Below are positions 50,545 through 63,186 of a DNA stretch of 64,000 nucleotides, in pieces (positions within the stretch are counted from its first letter, which is position 1; the number at the start of each line of letters is the position of its first letter). Position numbers and translations under genes: made by a program. The stretch is from Lama guanicoe (taxonomy: Eukaryota): positions 1,185,063 through 1,249,062 of the forward strand of contig MU053557.1 in assembly GCA_013239625.1 (NCBI GenBank), read 5' to 3'. The notes under the pieces are model-generated. The model was not told where the DNA came from, made no database searches, and saw only the letters and a list, made by a program, of their open reading frames with translations.

Positions 50545-51395
50545 TATAAGAAAAAAGTTTGTAACTTTATGTGGTGACTTATGTGGTATAACTTACTGTG
50601 GTTTTCATTTTATAGTACATGCAAGTACCTAATCATTATCTTGTACACTTGAAACTGATATATTATATTCAATTATATCTCAATAAAAATGAACAAACAT
50701 GCAAGCTGATGGATAGAGAGAACAGATAGGTGGTTTCCAGAGGTGGGGAAGGTGAGGTCGGAGTAGGCGAATGAAGTGAATTGAAATGAGTGAAGGGCGT
50801 TAAAAAGCATAAACTTCCCTCTATAAGTTAAGTGATGTACAGCATGGCAGCTATAGTTAATAATCATTTATTGTATATTTGTTTTTTCTAAGAGTTGTTT
50901 TTTTGTATATATACATTTTTATTGAAATATAGTCAGTTTACAATGTGTCAATTTCTGGTGTACAGCACAATGCTTAAGTCGTACGTGAACATACATATGT
51001 TCGTTTTCATTTTCTTTTTCACCATAAATTACTGTAAGATATTGAATGTTGTTCCCTGTGCTGTACAGCATGAACTTGTTTATCTATTTTGTATGCAGTA
51101 GTTAGTATCTGCAGATCTTGAACTCCCAATTTATCCCTTCCTTCTCCCTTTTCCCCTGTAACCTCAAGTTTGTTTTCTATGTGAGTCTGTTTCTGTTTTG
51201 TAAATAAGTTCATTTGTCTTTAAGTTGATGAGAGGGTAGACCTTAAAAGATTTCAGTACAAGAAAAAGAATTTTGTAACTATGTGCAGAGATAGGTGTTA
51301 ACTAGACTTACTGTAGTGGTCATTTTGCAATGCATACAAATTTCAATTCCTTATTTTCTACACTGAAACTAATATACATCAGATATATCTGAAGT
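50545..51395 (+). mobile_element. Two head-to-tail L1MA9-type 3' ends; the second is interrupted by a younger L1
   Basis: The terminal motif 'ttgtaact..acttactgt..tacac(t)tgaaact(g/a)atat' occurs twice (50560-50690 and 51270-51395). Confidence 0.8.
50882..51219 (-). mobile_element. Camelid-type L1 3' end (5'-truncated)
   Basis: 'ttttattgaaatatagtcagtttacaatgtgtcaatttctggtgtacagcacaatgc..ttcgttttcat..aagatattgaat'. Confidence 0.9.
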
Positions 51396-51409
51396 CTTTT
51401 TAAGGGGAA

Positions 51410-51630
51410 AAGTGTACAAGTTAATGAGTCAGACATAACATTTTACATATCTTAGCTCTGCCTATGTGACTTTCAACCAAACCCTCTAAGCTTTATTTTC
51501 TTCTTCTGCTGAATGGATTTAATAATATAACTAGACTGTAGGGTTGTGAGAATCCAATGAAATCATGAATGTAAAGCTATTTTTATGGTGCCAGGCACAT
51601 AGTAATCCCTCAGTGTTATCTCTTATTATT
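51410..51630 (+). mobile_element. MIR SINE
   Basis: 'gggttgtgagaatccaatga..gtaaagc..gtgccaggcacatagtaa'. Confidence 0.7.
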
Positions 51631-54445
51631 TCTTCTGAATCCCATTTCCGTCAGACATTTTCTATAAACACCCTTACATCACCAATTAATTTCTGTTTCA
51701 GTTTTCATTAAAATATTCTTAGTTGTTTCTACAAAAATACAAAAATTTGATCTTACACAAATGGAAAACAAGAACAGCAGAGCTAGATTGAGGTGAGAGG
51801 CTGGGAGATTATGCAGGGTATTGCACTGGCTAAGTCATTCACTTTTTTACACCAGCTCAAAGTGAGTGTGATTTAAATTCATACCATGACAATATGACAA
51901 ATTGTACAAATTGTGGAACCCTCAGGGTCACATATGAAAAGTTGAACTGGAAATGTTAAATTCACAAGAATGTCAGGGATCTGCTTGTGTATAATTACGT
52001 ATAACCCAAGAAAGCAAGTGATGAATGCCAGTCAAGAGAACTGATCAGGTGCTGCAGGAAGTTACAGGGGAAAAGATTTCATTTTAAGGAGCTATTCAAG
52101 GCTATAGCAAAAATGTCCTTCTCACAAAGCACATAATTTTTCTGTTTTTTGATGCCCGAAGTCAGTTATAATGGAACTGGTTTGAGTCCTCAGAATTGCA
52201 TAAAATGGAAGCTGGTTGTGTGAGGGCTGGTTTTGCTTCTCAGAAATGAATATTAAACTGTTATCACTGATTACTGGCAAGACAATAATGATCGAGGGTT
52301 ACCAGGTACTGCATACTTTCTATCACAGAGTATGGTATCCCCAGACTTAGAGATGACATAAACCAGTACAACAAAAAATAAATAAATTAGTGTCTCCCAC
52401 AAGGAGCATTACCAACATTTTATTTTATTTTTATCGCATAAATGTATAATTTTTTGAAGCTGGAATTACTGTCATTTTTAAAAGCATGTCTGAAGCTGAA
52501 ACAAGCAGGAAGAACATAATCTATGTAAACAAAATTAAGTTGTTCTTTATATGTTTCAATGCATTTCAAGCCAGTTATTACATGGATTTTCATAATATTA
52601 ACATTTTATGTCTAGGACAATCTGATTTGAAGTACAGGGTGAGTGTTATACATGAAATTCATGTTGGGAACCTTGGATGCCCTCCTCCCACGCCCCCAGG
52701 GCAACAGACACCCTTCCTGTAGAGCAGCTGACACAGACTGGAGGAGACGCCCTCCTGATGGCTGACAGGGAGACACAGGCAGTACATGCTGAGATTGTCA
52801 TGTGCCTCTGTTACAAATGGGAAACAGCACTGATACCAAAATGTGAGCCCCAGATTGAAGCCATAAGGGCAGATATTCTAAATCAGAGACTTTGATTACC
52901 ATCTTGCTTCTTCTCAGGTTATGTAGCCTGCCCCAAGTTGAGTTGTAGTAACATTTTATTTATTTAATGGTGGTTAATGATTTTTTTAAGCCCTGCAAGG
53001 GAAAATGGCTGCTCTTGGCATAGAAGACAGTCTTTATTAAAGGATCGAATTTACATTATGAAAATCCTGCTACTTTGAGCTTATTTTTTTCACTATGTTG
53101 AGGATCCATGAAACACTTCTGAAACACTCTGCACTGGTCCGTGAGCTTTTTAGAACTGGAGGGAAATCCAAACCTCAGAGAGTCTGATTTGAATAGTTGT
53201 GAAAGGTATCTGTGGCTCAGGATTTTTTAAATGCTCTCTTAATGAATCTAGGGTCTGCATCTAGCAAGATGATTTCTCCACTCTGTCACTGTTTTCCTAC
53301 AAAAACTGTTCTCTGCTCAAAGCTGTATTTTATATCAGTGCACCTGGATGCTTCCTTTCACAAGGAGCGTGGTTACTCAGTGCCAGACCATCCTAGGCAT
53401 GAAGAATGGACTATAAAATAAATTCAGCGCAGTCTCTTTCCTATCTACTTGATTGTTTATTGAGGTGAGAGAGAACTTTGTGGGGCAGTGGGAGATCTGC
53501 TTCCAACACTGCAACAGAAGATGTCTCGCTGTTATCCTAAGAGTTAAAATAAGTCCCAGATGACTAAAGATCATCCTCCCTTCAAAGCTGGAAAAGATTT
53601 AAAAGGCAGCTGAGGCAGGATGTTTGCAGTAATTTAAAGCCCCTCCTTTGAAAACAGGATATCAATGGCGCTGCTGTGAATTTGCTGAAAGAATAACACA
53701 ACAACAAAATTAACATCTGGCCTGTTTTTCAAAAGCCATAAAATGGAAACATCATTACAAGAAAATACAGTGGAGCTTGGCAGGTGAAGAGAGTGTAAAA
53801 AAAAAAAAACAAAAATCTGAAAGGGAGAGAATAGGATAGGAAATGAATCAGGAAACCATAAACCAATGATGGTGAGGATGGTGGTGGTGGTGATGATGTT
53901 AAAATAGCAATAAAGCCACCATTTATTGAGTTCCTACAATGTACTAAGCATTTGTTTTTATTCATTCAAACATTGTAACTAATTTGTGTGAGAAAGTATT
54001 CCTGAATGTGGTAATGGACAGGAAGTAAAGAGTAGAAAAATGCTGGCCCTCATGGAGCTTGTATTCCCGTGGGGGAAATTCCTAAGTACATCCAGTCCTT
54101 CTGACAAAGTTGCAAAGTAGGAGTTGGTTACCCCAAATTTATAGGAATTTAAAACTCAAGAAGGTTAATTAATTTTAATCTAGGAACACCTGTCAACTAG
54201 GGGTATCAGGACATGTCAGAGGAGTTATTATTTGTAACTTCAGCCAAATATTATATCCCTTTATTGTAGGTGTAAAAAGGAGAGAGGATAGGTGCTTCCT
54301 CATATTTAAGAAGACATTTACTTGGGCACCAAGAGACCTAGATTCATATTTTGCTTGGCATCAATCCATGCTGTGATCTTGATCAGATCCTTTCCTTTGT
54401 TGAGTTTTGATTTTATAGTTCTAAAGTGAGGCAGTTGGACCAGTT

Positions 54446-54617
54446 CAGTAGTTCTCAAACTATGGAGCTCAGATAGGCAGCCTCAGCACCACCTGGGAAC
54501 TTGTCTGAAATGCAGGTTTTCACAGCATACCCCATGCCTACTATAGCAAACTCTGGGTAGGCTCAGCAGTTCATGTTTTAACAGCCCCTTTAGGTGATTC
54601 TGATATGCAGTAAACTG
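54446..54617. mobile_element. MER5A DNA transposon inserted into a MIR fragment
   Basis: 'cagtagttctcaaac..cagcaccacctgggaacttgt..aaatgcag..aggtgattctgat'; flanks gaccagtt/gactagat fit a decayed 8-bp TSD. Confidence 0.85.
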
Positions 54618-55598
54618 GACTAGATCATCAAATATGATAATTAAGAGTTAAAGTGTCAGGGAGGCCATCCAAGATGTTGGTGTAGGAAGATCCTGAACTC
54701 CCTTCTTCCTGTGGCCACCCCAAACCCACGGCTACATAGTGCACAGTTAGCACTGAAAAAGAACCTATAGCCAGCTGAACAGCTCCTCCACAGCAAAGGA
54801 TAAAAGGGCCACATTAAGATGGGGAGGAGGGACAGAGATGCAGCCTCACCAAAATCCCCACCTCCAGCCTGGCAACCCACAATAGATAGATACCCTGAAG
54901 CAAATGAAAATGGAAATACAACATTCCATTGGGATACAGCCAAAGCAATTATAAGAGAGTAGTTTATAGCAATGTGTGCCTACCTGAAGAAACAAGAGAA
55001 ATCTTAAAAAGCAATCTAAATTCACACTCAGAGGAACTAGAAAAAGAACAAACAAAACCCAAATTTAGTAGAAAATAGGAAATAAAGATCAGTAAAAAAA
55101 TAAATGAAATAGACTAATAAGATGATCATGGAACAGATCAATGAAATTAAGAGCTGTTTCATTGAAAAGATAAACAAAACTGACAAGTCTTTTGCTAGAC
55201 CCACTAGGAAAAAAAAAAAAAGGAACACTCAAATAGATAAAACCAGAAATGAAAGAGGAGAAATTACAACTGATACTACAAAAATATTAAAGATCGTAAG
55301 AGACTACTCTGATCAATTATATGCCAACAAACTGGAAAGCTTAGAAGAAATGGATAAATTCCTAAAAATATAAAATCTTCCAAATTTAAATCATGAAGAA
55401 AGAAAAGTGAATAGAATGATTAATAGCAAGGAGATTGAATCACTAAAAAAAAAAAAAATCCAGGCTAGACAACTTCACTGGTGAATTTTACAAAACATAT
55501 AAAGAAGAACCAATACCTGTACTTGTCATACTCTTCCAAAGTATTGAAGAGGAGAAAATGCTTCCAGACTCATTTTATGAGGCCATTGTTACCCTGAA

Positions 55599-55601
<3 letters not shown>

Positions 55602-55629
<28 letters not shown>
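55602..55629 (+). repeat. (CA)14 microsatellite within L1 ORF2
   Basis: Direct reading. Confidence 0.95.
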
Positions 55630-56916
55630 GCAAAAATACATACAGGTGAATATCACGGATCAACACAGATGCAAAAAACCTCAATCAAACATTAGCAAAC
55701 CAAATTCATCAATACATTAAAAAAGAGCATTCACTGTGATCTACTGGGATTTGTTCTAGGGGTACAAGGATGGTTCAACATCTGCAAATTGATGTGATAC
55801 GTTACAGTAACAAAATGACGAATAAAAATCATTTCAATAGATGAAGAAAAACTATTTCACAAATTCAGCATGCATTTATGATAAAATCTCTCAACAAATT
55901 GGGTATAAAGGTAATGTACCTCCACATAGTAATGGTTTTACATGATAAACCCACAGATAACATCATACTCAACAGTGAAAAGCTAAAAGCTTTTCCTTTA
56001 AGCTCAGAAGCAAGATAAAGGTCCTCACTCTTCCCACTTTCATTCAACATAGTATTGGCAATCCTAGCCACAGCAAGGAGGCAAGAAATATAAAAGGCAT
56101 ATAAAATGGAAAAGAATATGTAAAACTGTCACTATTTGCAGATGATGTGTTACTATATATAGAAAACCTTAATGATGACATAAAAATACTGTTAAAACTA
56201 ATAAACTCAGTAAAGTTGCAGGATATAAAATCAGTATGCAGAAATCTGTTGCATGTCTATACACTGATAATGAACTATCAGAGAGGATATCCCATTTACA
56301 GTTGCATCAGAGGAATAAATACCTAGGAATAAACTTAACCAAGGAGATTAAAGATATGTACACTACAAACTATAAGACAGATGAAAGAAATCGAAGACAC
56401 AAATAAATAGAAACATAGTCCATGCTCCTAGATTGAAAGAATCTGTATTTTAAAATTCCTGTGCTACCCAAGGCAATCTGCAGAATTAATGCAATCCCTA
56501 CTAAAATACCCATGACATTTTTCACAAAACTAGAACAAATAATCCTAGAATTTTGGAACAGAATAGAGAGTCCAGAAATAAACCCACACATATATGGTAA
56601 TTTATATTGGACCAAGGAGCCAAGAATATGCAACAGGGTAAGACAGTATTTTCAGTAAATGGTGTTGGGAAAACTGGACAGCCGCATGTGAAAGAATGAA
56701 GCTGGATCACTATCTTACATCATACAGGGAAAATAAATCCAAATGAATATAAATAAATAAATAACTCAAAACTGACTAAATACTTGGATATAAGACCTGA
56801 ATCCCTAAAACTCCTAAAAGAAAAAAGTCTGTAAGCTCCTTGAGATCAATCTTGGCATTCAGTTTTTAGACCTGACTTCAAAAGCAAAAATAAACAGGTG
56901 GGCCTACACCAAACTA

Positions 56917-57187
56917 CCCAGTTCCTATGCTAAAGTTCAGCAAGATTTGTTCAATACGCCTCCCTCAATCAAGTGTTAGAGATGCTGATTCTCTTCACTT
57001 GAGACTTTGAACTCATGGCCAACTCCTCAGGCAATAAAGATCCCCACTCCACAAAAGATTTGAGAGAAACAGAGGGGTATGATGTTAAATTAGTATTGGG
57101 AGACTGATGTATCATTTACTCTCTTACAATATTATACAGGAATCCTGGGAATGAATAACATTCCCAAACTGAAAAAAATTTAAAAAA
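56917..57187 (+). other. Non-L1 insert of unknown origin inside L1 ORF2, with A-rich 3' tail
   Basis: L1 'ctacaccaaacta' and 'aaagcttttgtgcagca' are normally contiguous and are separated here by ~270 bp of non-repeat-looking sequence. Confidence 0.8.
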
Positions 57188-58234
57188 TAAAAGCTTTTGT
57201 GCAGCAGAGGGAACCAGCAAAACTGAGAAGGCATCATACTGAGTATCAGGAAATACTTGCAAATCTTATATCGACTAGAGAGTTAAAACCCCAAATATGT
57301 AAAGAACAAAAGCAGCTCAATAGCAAAAAACACAAATCTGAATTAAAAAAATGATCAAGTATCTGAACAGACATTTTTACAAGGAAGACATACAGATGGC
57401 CAACAGATACATGAAAATGTGCTCAACATCACTAATCATCAGGGAAAATGCAAATCCAAACCACGATGAGATATTACTTGACATCTGTTAGAATGGTTAT
57501 TATCAAAAAAGCAGAAATAAATGTTGGAGAGGACGAAAAGAGGAAGGAACCCTCGTACCCTGTTGGTGGGAGTGTAAATTGGTGCAGCTACTATGGAAAA
57601 CAGTTTGGAGATTTTCCAAAAAAAAAAATAGACCTACCAGATGATCTACCTATTCCACGTCTCTAAGTATACATCTGAGGGAAATGAAAGTACTGTCTTG
57701 AAGCGGTATCGGCATTCTGTGTTCACTACAGCAGTATTTACAATAGCCAAGATATGGAAATAACCTAATTGCCCATTGATGGATGAATGGATAAAGATGT
57801 GATACACACACACACACACACGACTACTATTCAGTCATAAATGAAGAAGGAAATCTCCCCATTTGCAGCAATGTGGATGGACCTTGGGGGTACTATACTA
57901 AATGAATTAAGTCAAAGACAAAGACAAATACCACATTCTTTCACTTGTATGCGGAATCTAATAAACAAATGAACAAACTGAAACAGTACCGAATGCAGAG
58001 ATACAGAGAACATGTTGGTGGGTACCAGAGGAGAAGGGTGTGACAGGAGGTGGGTAGAAATGGGTGAATGGGGTCGATTGTATCTCAGGGTCTGTTGTAT
58101 CTCAGTGGATGGTAACCAGACCTACTGTGCTGATCACTTTGTAGTGTATACCAACATCGAGTTATTATGCTATACACCTGAAACTAATGTTGTTATCAAT
58201 TGTACATCAGAAAGTGAATGAAGTGGTACAGCCA

Positions 58235-58445
58235 TTTTGGGGAAGGAAGTTTTAAGAGCCAGGCATGGATTTGATCCAAGCTCACAACTAACTCACTGCC
58301 TCCGTGTGAATTGACAAGTCATAAACCACTCCAAGCCCCTATTTCTTGAACTGTCAAATGGAATCAGTAGTATTTTTCCTGTTAACCTGTTATGAATGAG
58401 ATAAGACATGTAAAGCACACAAGCAAATGTTTGTCATTTAAGCAA
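58235..58445 (+). mobile_element. MIR SINE
   Basis: 'gacaagtcataaaccactc..ctgtcaaatggaat..aatgagataagacatgtaaagcac'. Confidence 0.7.
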
Positions 58446-59169
58446 TTATTTATCATCATCACTTCCATGATCGAAAACACAGTGACATTCTAAGATTGTG
58501 TCATATTTGAAGATGCGAACAAGAATACTGACTAGTCCAAAATACTGCCTGGATGACAAAAAAAAAAAAATTCCCTTTTTAACAACCTAAATGCAGGCTA
58601 AAACTACCAGATTGTAGCAGCAAATGGTTCTGCAGCAAGAGGTAGGAAGCGTTATCATAAACAGATGTTGCATTTACATCCAGAGAATCAGCAAGCCACG
58701 TCCCTCCGTATCAAACCAGCCTTCCCTAATCATGAGCTCTGTTGGCTTGCAAGTTTGCTATCTAGTTGAATTGAGCCTTGAATGTATATCGAAACATGTA
58801 TTAGTCAGGTGATAACAAATGAATTAAAAAGGAGGAAGACCATCAATCCAGTGAGCAGTTAAAAGCTGAAGGGATGATGTCATTCGAAATACATGGACGT
58901 GGCATCTCCTTTCTTCCCACTGCCATTCTTTTGCATCCCCTCCACTCTGCAGGTAACAGGATCCAGGTTTCCCACAAAACATGTGAAAGCACCAGAAAAC
59001 AGGAAGAAAGAGGTGTGAATGACCTGCCAACCACAAGTAAGATGGGTTTAATGTAGTATAAAGGTGTGGATCTAAAGTCCAGAAAAGTGAATTCCTCAAG
59101 GTATTTTACTTTCTGAGCAAACCTAATTATAGCAACTCAGGACAACCAAATATTTCAGAGATGATCTTC

Positions 59170-59405
59170 TGCAGTGTTTAAGATCTCAGTCTTTAAAGTC
59201 AGGCAGCCAGGGCTTCAATCTCAACTCAGCCATTTACAAACTGGATGATCTTGGACAAGTTTCTTAATATTTCTAAAACTCACTTTTCTTCTATGCAAAA
59301 TTGGGACAATAAAAGTATCTACCACAGAAGGTGGCTCTAAGGACTAAAGAGGGTAGTACTTAGCATAACATTTAACATAGTAAGTTCAGGGAGTTATAAT
59401 CATAG
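59170..59405 (+). mobile_element. MIR SINE
   Basis: 'gccatttacaaactggatgatcttggacaagtttcttaa..ctatgcaaaattgggacaataaaagtatctacc'. Confidence 0.8.
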
Positions 59406-59549
59406 TTTTTTAAAAATGCCCTGAATTACTATGAGTATTTTGTAAGACCTCTGAAGGCTGTTTTAAGGCAATGGTAGGAGGCTCTCTTTAAAAGCTGCCA
59501 CCCGGTGAATTTCTGTCTGTCCTGTCCACAATTTTTTATAAAAATAATT

Positions 59550-60010
59550 TGTATCTCTATGGGTTGCAAGTGAAACTGTCTGAAATCAAAATGTGAATTT
59601 ACTAGCTCTCAAGACTGCAGTCCTGAGGTGATCGTGCCTTGGCATGGCTAGCTTCACAACTCAAACGGTGTCTTCAGGACTTGAATCCTGCCGTGTTAGT
59701 TTCATTCTCTTTGTCTAAGAAGCGACAAGACATTTGTAGTACCATAAGACTCTCACTGCAGCAGGAGACAGACCGTTTTTCTGTAACATTAGTAGTTCTG
59801 TGAATTTCTGATTGGACCTGCTTTGGCCATCCTGAGCCTGTCATAGTGAACAGCAGTATGCTGGTGTGCTGATGGGCTGGGACTTAAATCACACGGTCAC
59901 TCTGGAGGTGGGGTGGGGTGCTACCCAGAATCATGGACCAAGGGTGAGGGGAGGATGGATTCCTACTAGTATTTGTGACCTTGCTGTGGAGGCAAGAGGG
60001 GTAGATACTC
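59550..60010 (-). mobile_element. MLT1-like LTR (degraded)
   Basis: 'ggttgcaagtga', 'tttctgattggacctgctttggcca' and 'gctgatgggctgggacttaaatcaca'. Confidence 0.55.
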
Positions 60011-60129
60011 CACTCCTTTCTTTCTCTTCTTTTTTCCCCCTTCCAGTCAGTCCTTTTGTGTTGCATGCATGTGTAGCTCCTGACTTCAAGGGATTACTGA
60101 ACTCCAGATCAATTTTTCATAAAATGTAG

Positions 60130-60290
60130 CTAGTGGGCATCTTATATCAGAATTTCCCTTAGTGCCTGTTAAAATGGACCTGGACCTCTCTCCACCTCAG
60201 AATCCTTGAGGGTTAGGACAGTTGTCTGTATTTTTAACAATTTCCTCGGATAATTCACAGAAATATGTACCAAAATTTGAGAACCAGTGA
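60130..60290. mobile_element. MER5-family DNA transposon
   Basis: 'atcagaatttccctt..cctgttaaaat..tgtatttttaacaa..aaatttgagaaccagtg'. Confidence 0.7.
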
Positions 60291-60729
60291 AAAAGATAAT
60301 GGTTAAAGATAATTTCTTCTGTAATAAACTGTTGATTTAATATAATACGTTTCACTGTCACTTGCTTATACCTGTCTGTATAACAAAGACAATAATATAT
60401 GCCCTCAGCCACCTCAAAAAGCTCTCCAAGGGCCAATGATTTTCTTTTAATGTAAAATACTTTCTGGTTCCTTAGAAATAATGGTAAAATCAGTTTTATT
60501 AGTTTGGCAAGCTAGTGGTAATAGAATGATCTGTTAAATAGAGAAGTAATATATACTATAGATTATTTTTTTAAATGATGATATTGGGTAAGTTGATAAA
60601 ATCTCTCTGTGTCTGAGAGTACTCATCTGTAGAGAGGAATAAATCTCTATCAGGTTTTAATGAGAAATTAATTCTTATAACATCCTTAGAATTTTGGCCC
60701 ACAGTAGTCTCTCAAATGATAGTTTTTCC

Positions 60730-60860
60730 TACTAGGCATTTACTATGTATATTTCTCATATAATACTTATAAACCCCAAACTATTGCACCTATTTTGGAG
60801 ATGAGGGGCCCAATGCTCAGGGAGGTTAATTCACTTGCTCAGGGTCACAGAGCTAGTGTG
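60730..60860 (-). mobile_element. MIR SINE
   Basis: 'attttggagatgagg..gctcagggaggttaattcacttgctcagggtcacagagctagt'. Confidence 0.8.
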
Positions 60861-62069
60861 ATCATTATGTCAAAATATAATTGAATCCACAAGCATTCAA
60901 TGGGTGCCTCTTACACACTGACCACTGATAATTCATGATTTCTGAATGATTTATGGGTATTGCAATTTAAGTATGTGACAAGGCCAGTTAGTTGATCGCT
61001 CTAGTTAGAATGACGACGATAAGGGTTTATCATATGTAAACATGTAGTCCTATTACTGCCTTTTCACTCTCCATCCTACTAGAGTAAGAAAACAACACTG
61101 AATCTCTGATTTATAATTATGACAGGGTGTGAATTAGAATTTTAATTAAGAGTTTAGCTCTCAGGGTTAGGGAGTGAACATTACCTAAATTTCTCCTAAG
61201 GACTAATTTACTCAACAGGAGGATTAAGCTCAATATGTTGTTTATTTTTTGCAAAGGAGCTTGTTTACTCTCAGTTTTATTTTCTGTCAGGGTTATTTGT
61301 AGACTTTCCATTTTTCATCAAGCCAAACTTGTTGTCATGGATATATTTTAATCCAAGAAATTTAAGTACTTGATAAGCTTGAGAAAATACCTAAATAGTA
61401 TATTTTCGGTAGTACCTCACACTTTGATCCTGTGTTCTAAAATATTCATCGATTCCTTCTCACCACAGCGTTTCTTAACTTCATCCTTGCTCATCTCATG
61501 ACAGTGCTCTGCAGAAGTTCACTTCAGGTATAAACTTGCTCATGCTGTTTCTCCTTTGTGGAATGTCCCTTCTCTAGACACATGCTACCCCATCTTCGCG
61601 GCTTAGCTCAAATCTGACCTCCTATACAATACTCTCCTTAACTGCTCCACCCGAAAGTAATCCCTCTCCTTTCTATTAACCTCCACTTTTAGATTTTTAT
61701 AACTGTGGTTCTCCTGAGCAATTTCTTGGAATTTAGCTGAAAGACACAGTGAATTGGGTAAGTGAACAAGCTGTTTCCTTTGAATTACATGCTAGGAAGC
61801 TTATAACAAATGTCTGAGCACCCAGAACAACGGTAAAGACTTCATAGAAAGCATTTTTATCTGAGTTTCATTTCTGGTTCCATATCATATCCGAATATTT
61901 CTCCTTCTCCTTCTATACACACACACCGCCCTCCCCACACCCCACCTTTTCTTTATCATTCAGTTCTAACATATGTTTCAGTTTTGTATTCTGTGTACTT
62001 TAGTAGACCTCCTTGTGCATTTTTTTCCTAGGGTGTATAAATTGAAACACAAATAGATACAAGATATAT

Positions 62070-62620
62070 CTGTCATTAGTCTTTGTTTTGCAAGTGACAA
62101 ATTATTACCCATTTTAAACTGGTTTGATCAACAAAGAAAATTTGTTGCCTCATGTAGGAAAAAAAAAAAATCAGAGGCTTTGGCTAAAGTTTGATCCAGA
62201 AGTTCAAACCACGCCACCGAAAGCCTGGCTGTGTTATAAGTGACTCTGTTTTTTGCATATGCTTTATTATACTCAGGCCTCATAAAAATGGCCCCCGGAA
62301 GTTCCAGTCTCTCTAATGGTAGCAAGATGGAACTACACATTCAAAGCACCTAAATCAGTAAATTCCTGTAAGAAGGAAGGTTTCTTATCATTGTTTCTGT
62401 AAGGTAGAGAAGATACTTTTCTCTCCAGAAACAAATGTCTCTTACCTCATTGGTTCGAATAGTCGTATGTCTTTCTTCAAGCGAATCATTTAGCTGCAAG
62501 AAAGTTTTACCACCATTGATTTTAAAAAATCTGGTTTAGAAGGGGGAAGAGTGGCATTACAAAAGACATTTGGTGTACTTTTAGGAAGTTGTAGTTGGAA
62601 GCCAAGAGGCTCAAAACTTA
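62070..62620 (-). mobile_element. MLT1 LTR
   Basis: 'tgtcattagtctttgttttgcaagtgacaa..aaactggttt' and 'tctcttacctcattggttcgaatagtc'. Confidence 0.7.
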
Positions 62621-63186
62621 GCAATCATTCTCTGTGCAAGGAGTTTTGTACCTAATCACTTCAAATCATTTCTGGGTGTTAGCAATTTCTCTGCAAGGTG
62701 ATGGTAAGCTCTTCGAGTGAAGAATTGGTCTTGAGCTTTCTTTGTAGGTTTCAGAGTGGCCAGATATACTAGACTCCAAACTGGTTTTCATCCTACCTGC
62801 TTGTGGCTATTGCTGTAATTTTATCGTAGTTGACTTGTATGATTGAACTCCGTATTACATCTCATCAGCACAGAAGGACAACTAGAGAATTGCTCTCGGG
62901 TTAATTTGTGCAACGGGTGAACAGGTTCGACGTAAGGTTGACTGCTCAAAGGACGTTTTGGAACTTACTGGCTGCGAACAGATAATTCACACCACGAGGC
63001 CTGGGGTGGGACATAAACAGTGCCCTCCTTATACTTTGTCCTCATTGCACTAGGGACGTTTTGTGTGTCCACATAGACCCAGGACTGTGGAGTTGGGGGT
63101 GGGATGTAGAACACTGGGGTGGGGACTGCGTTAGGGCTTCTTCATGCTGTCCTGGTAGAGACAGCCCACACAATGTGAGTCACAGA

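Larger units (their letters stand above)
54659..58212 (+). mobile_element. L1 with 5' tip, no ORF1 or endonuclease, decayed ORF2 (RT) and 3'UTR
   Basis: 5' tip 'ccaagatgttggtgtaggaagatcctgaactc'; ORF2 peptides '[18 protein letters not shown]', FADD at 56135-56146 and '[16 protein letters not shown]'; 3' end 'tatacacctgaaactaat'. Confidence 0.97.

Noticed and set aside
55122..57666. Several ORFs with L1 ORF2/RT similarity
   Set aside because: Multiple stops, frameshifts and deletions; the element is dead.
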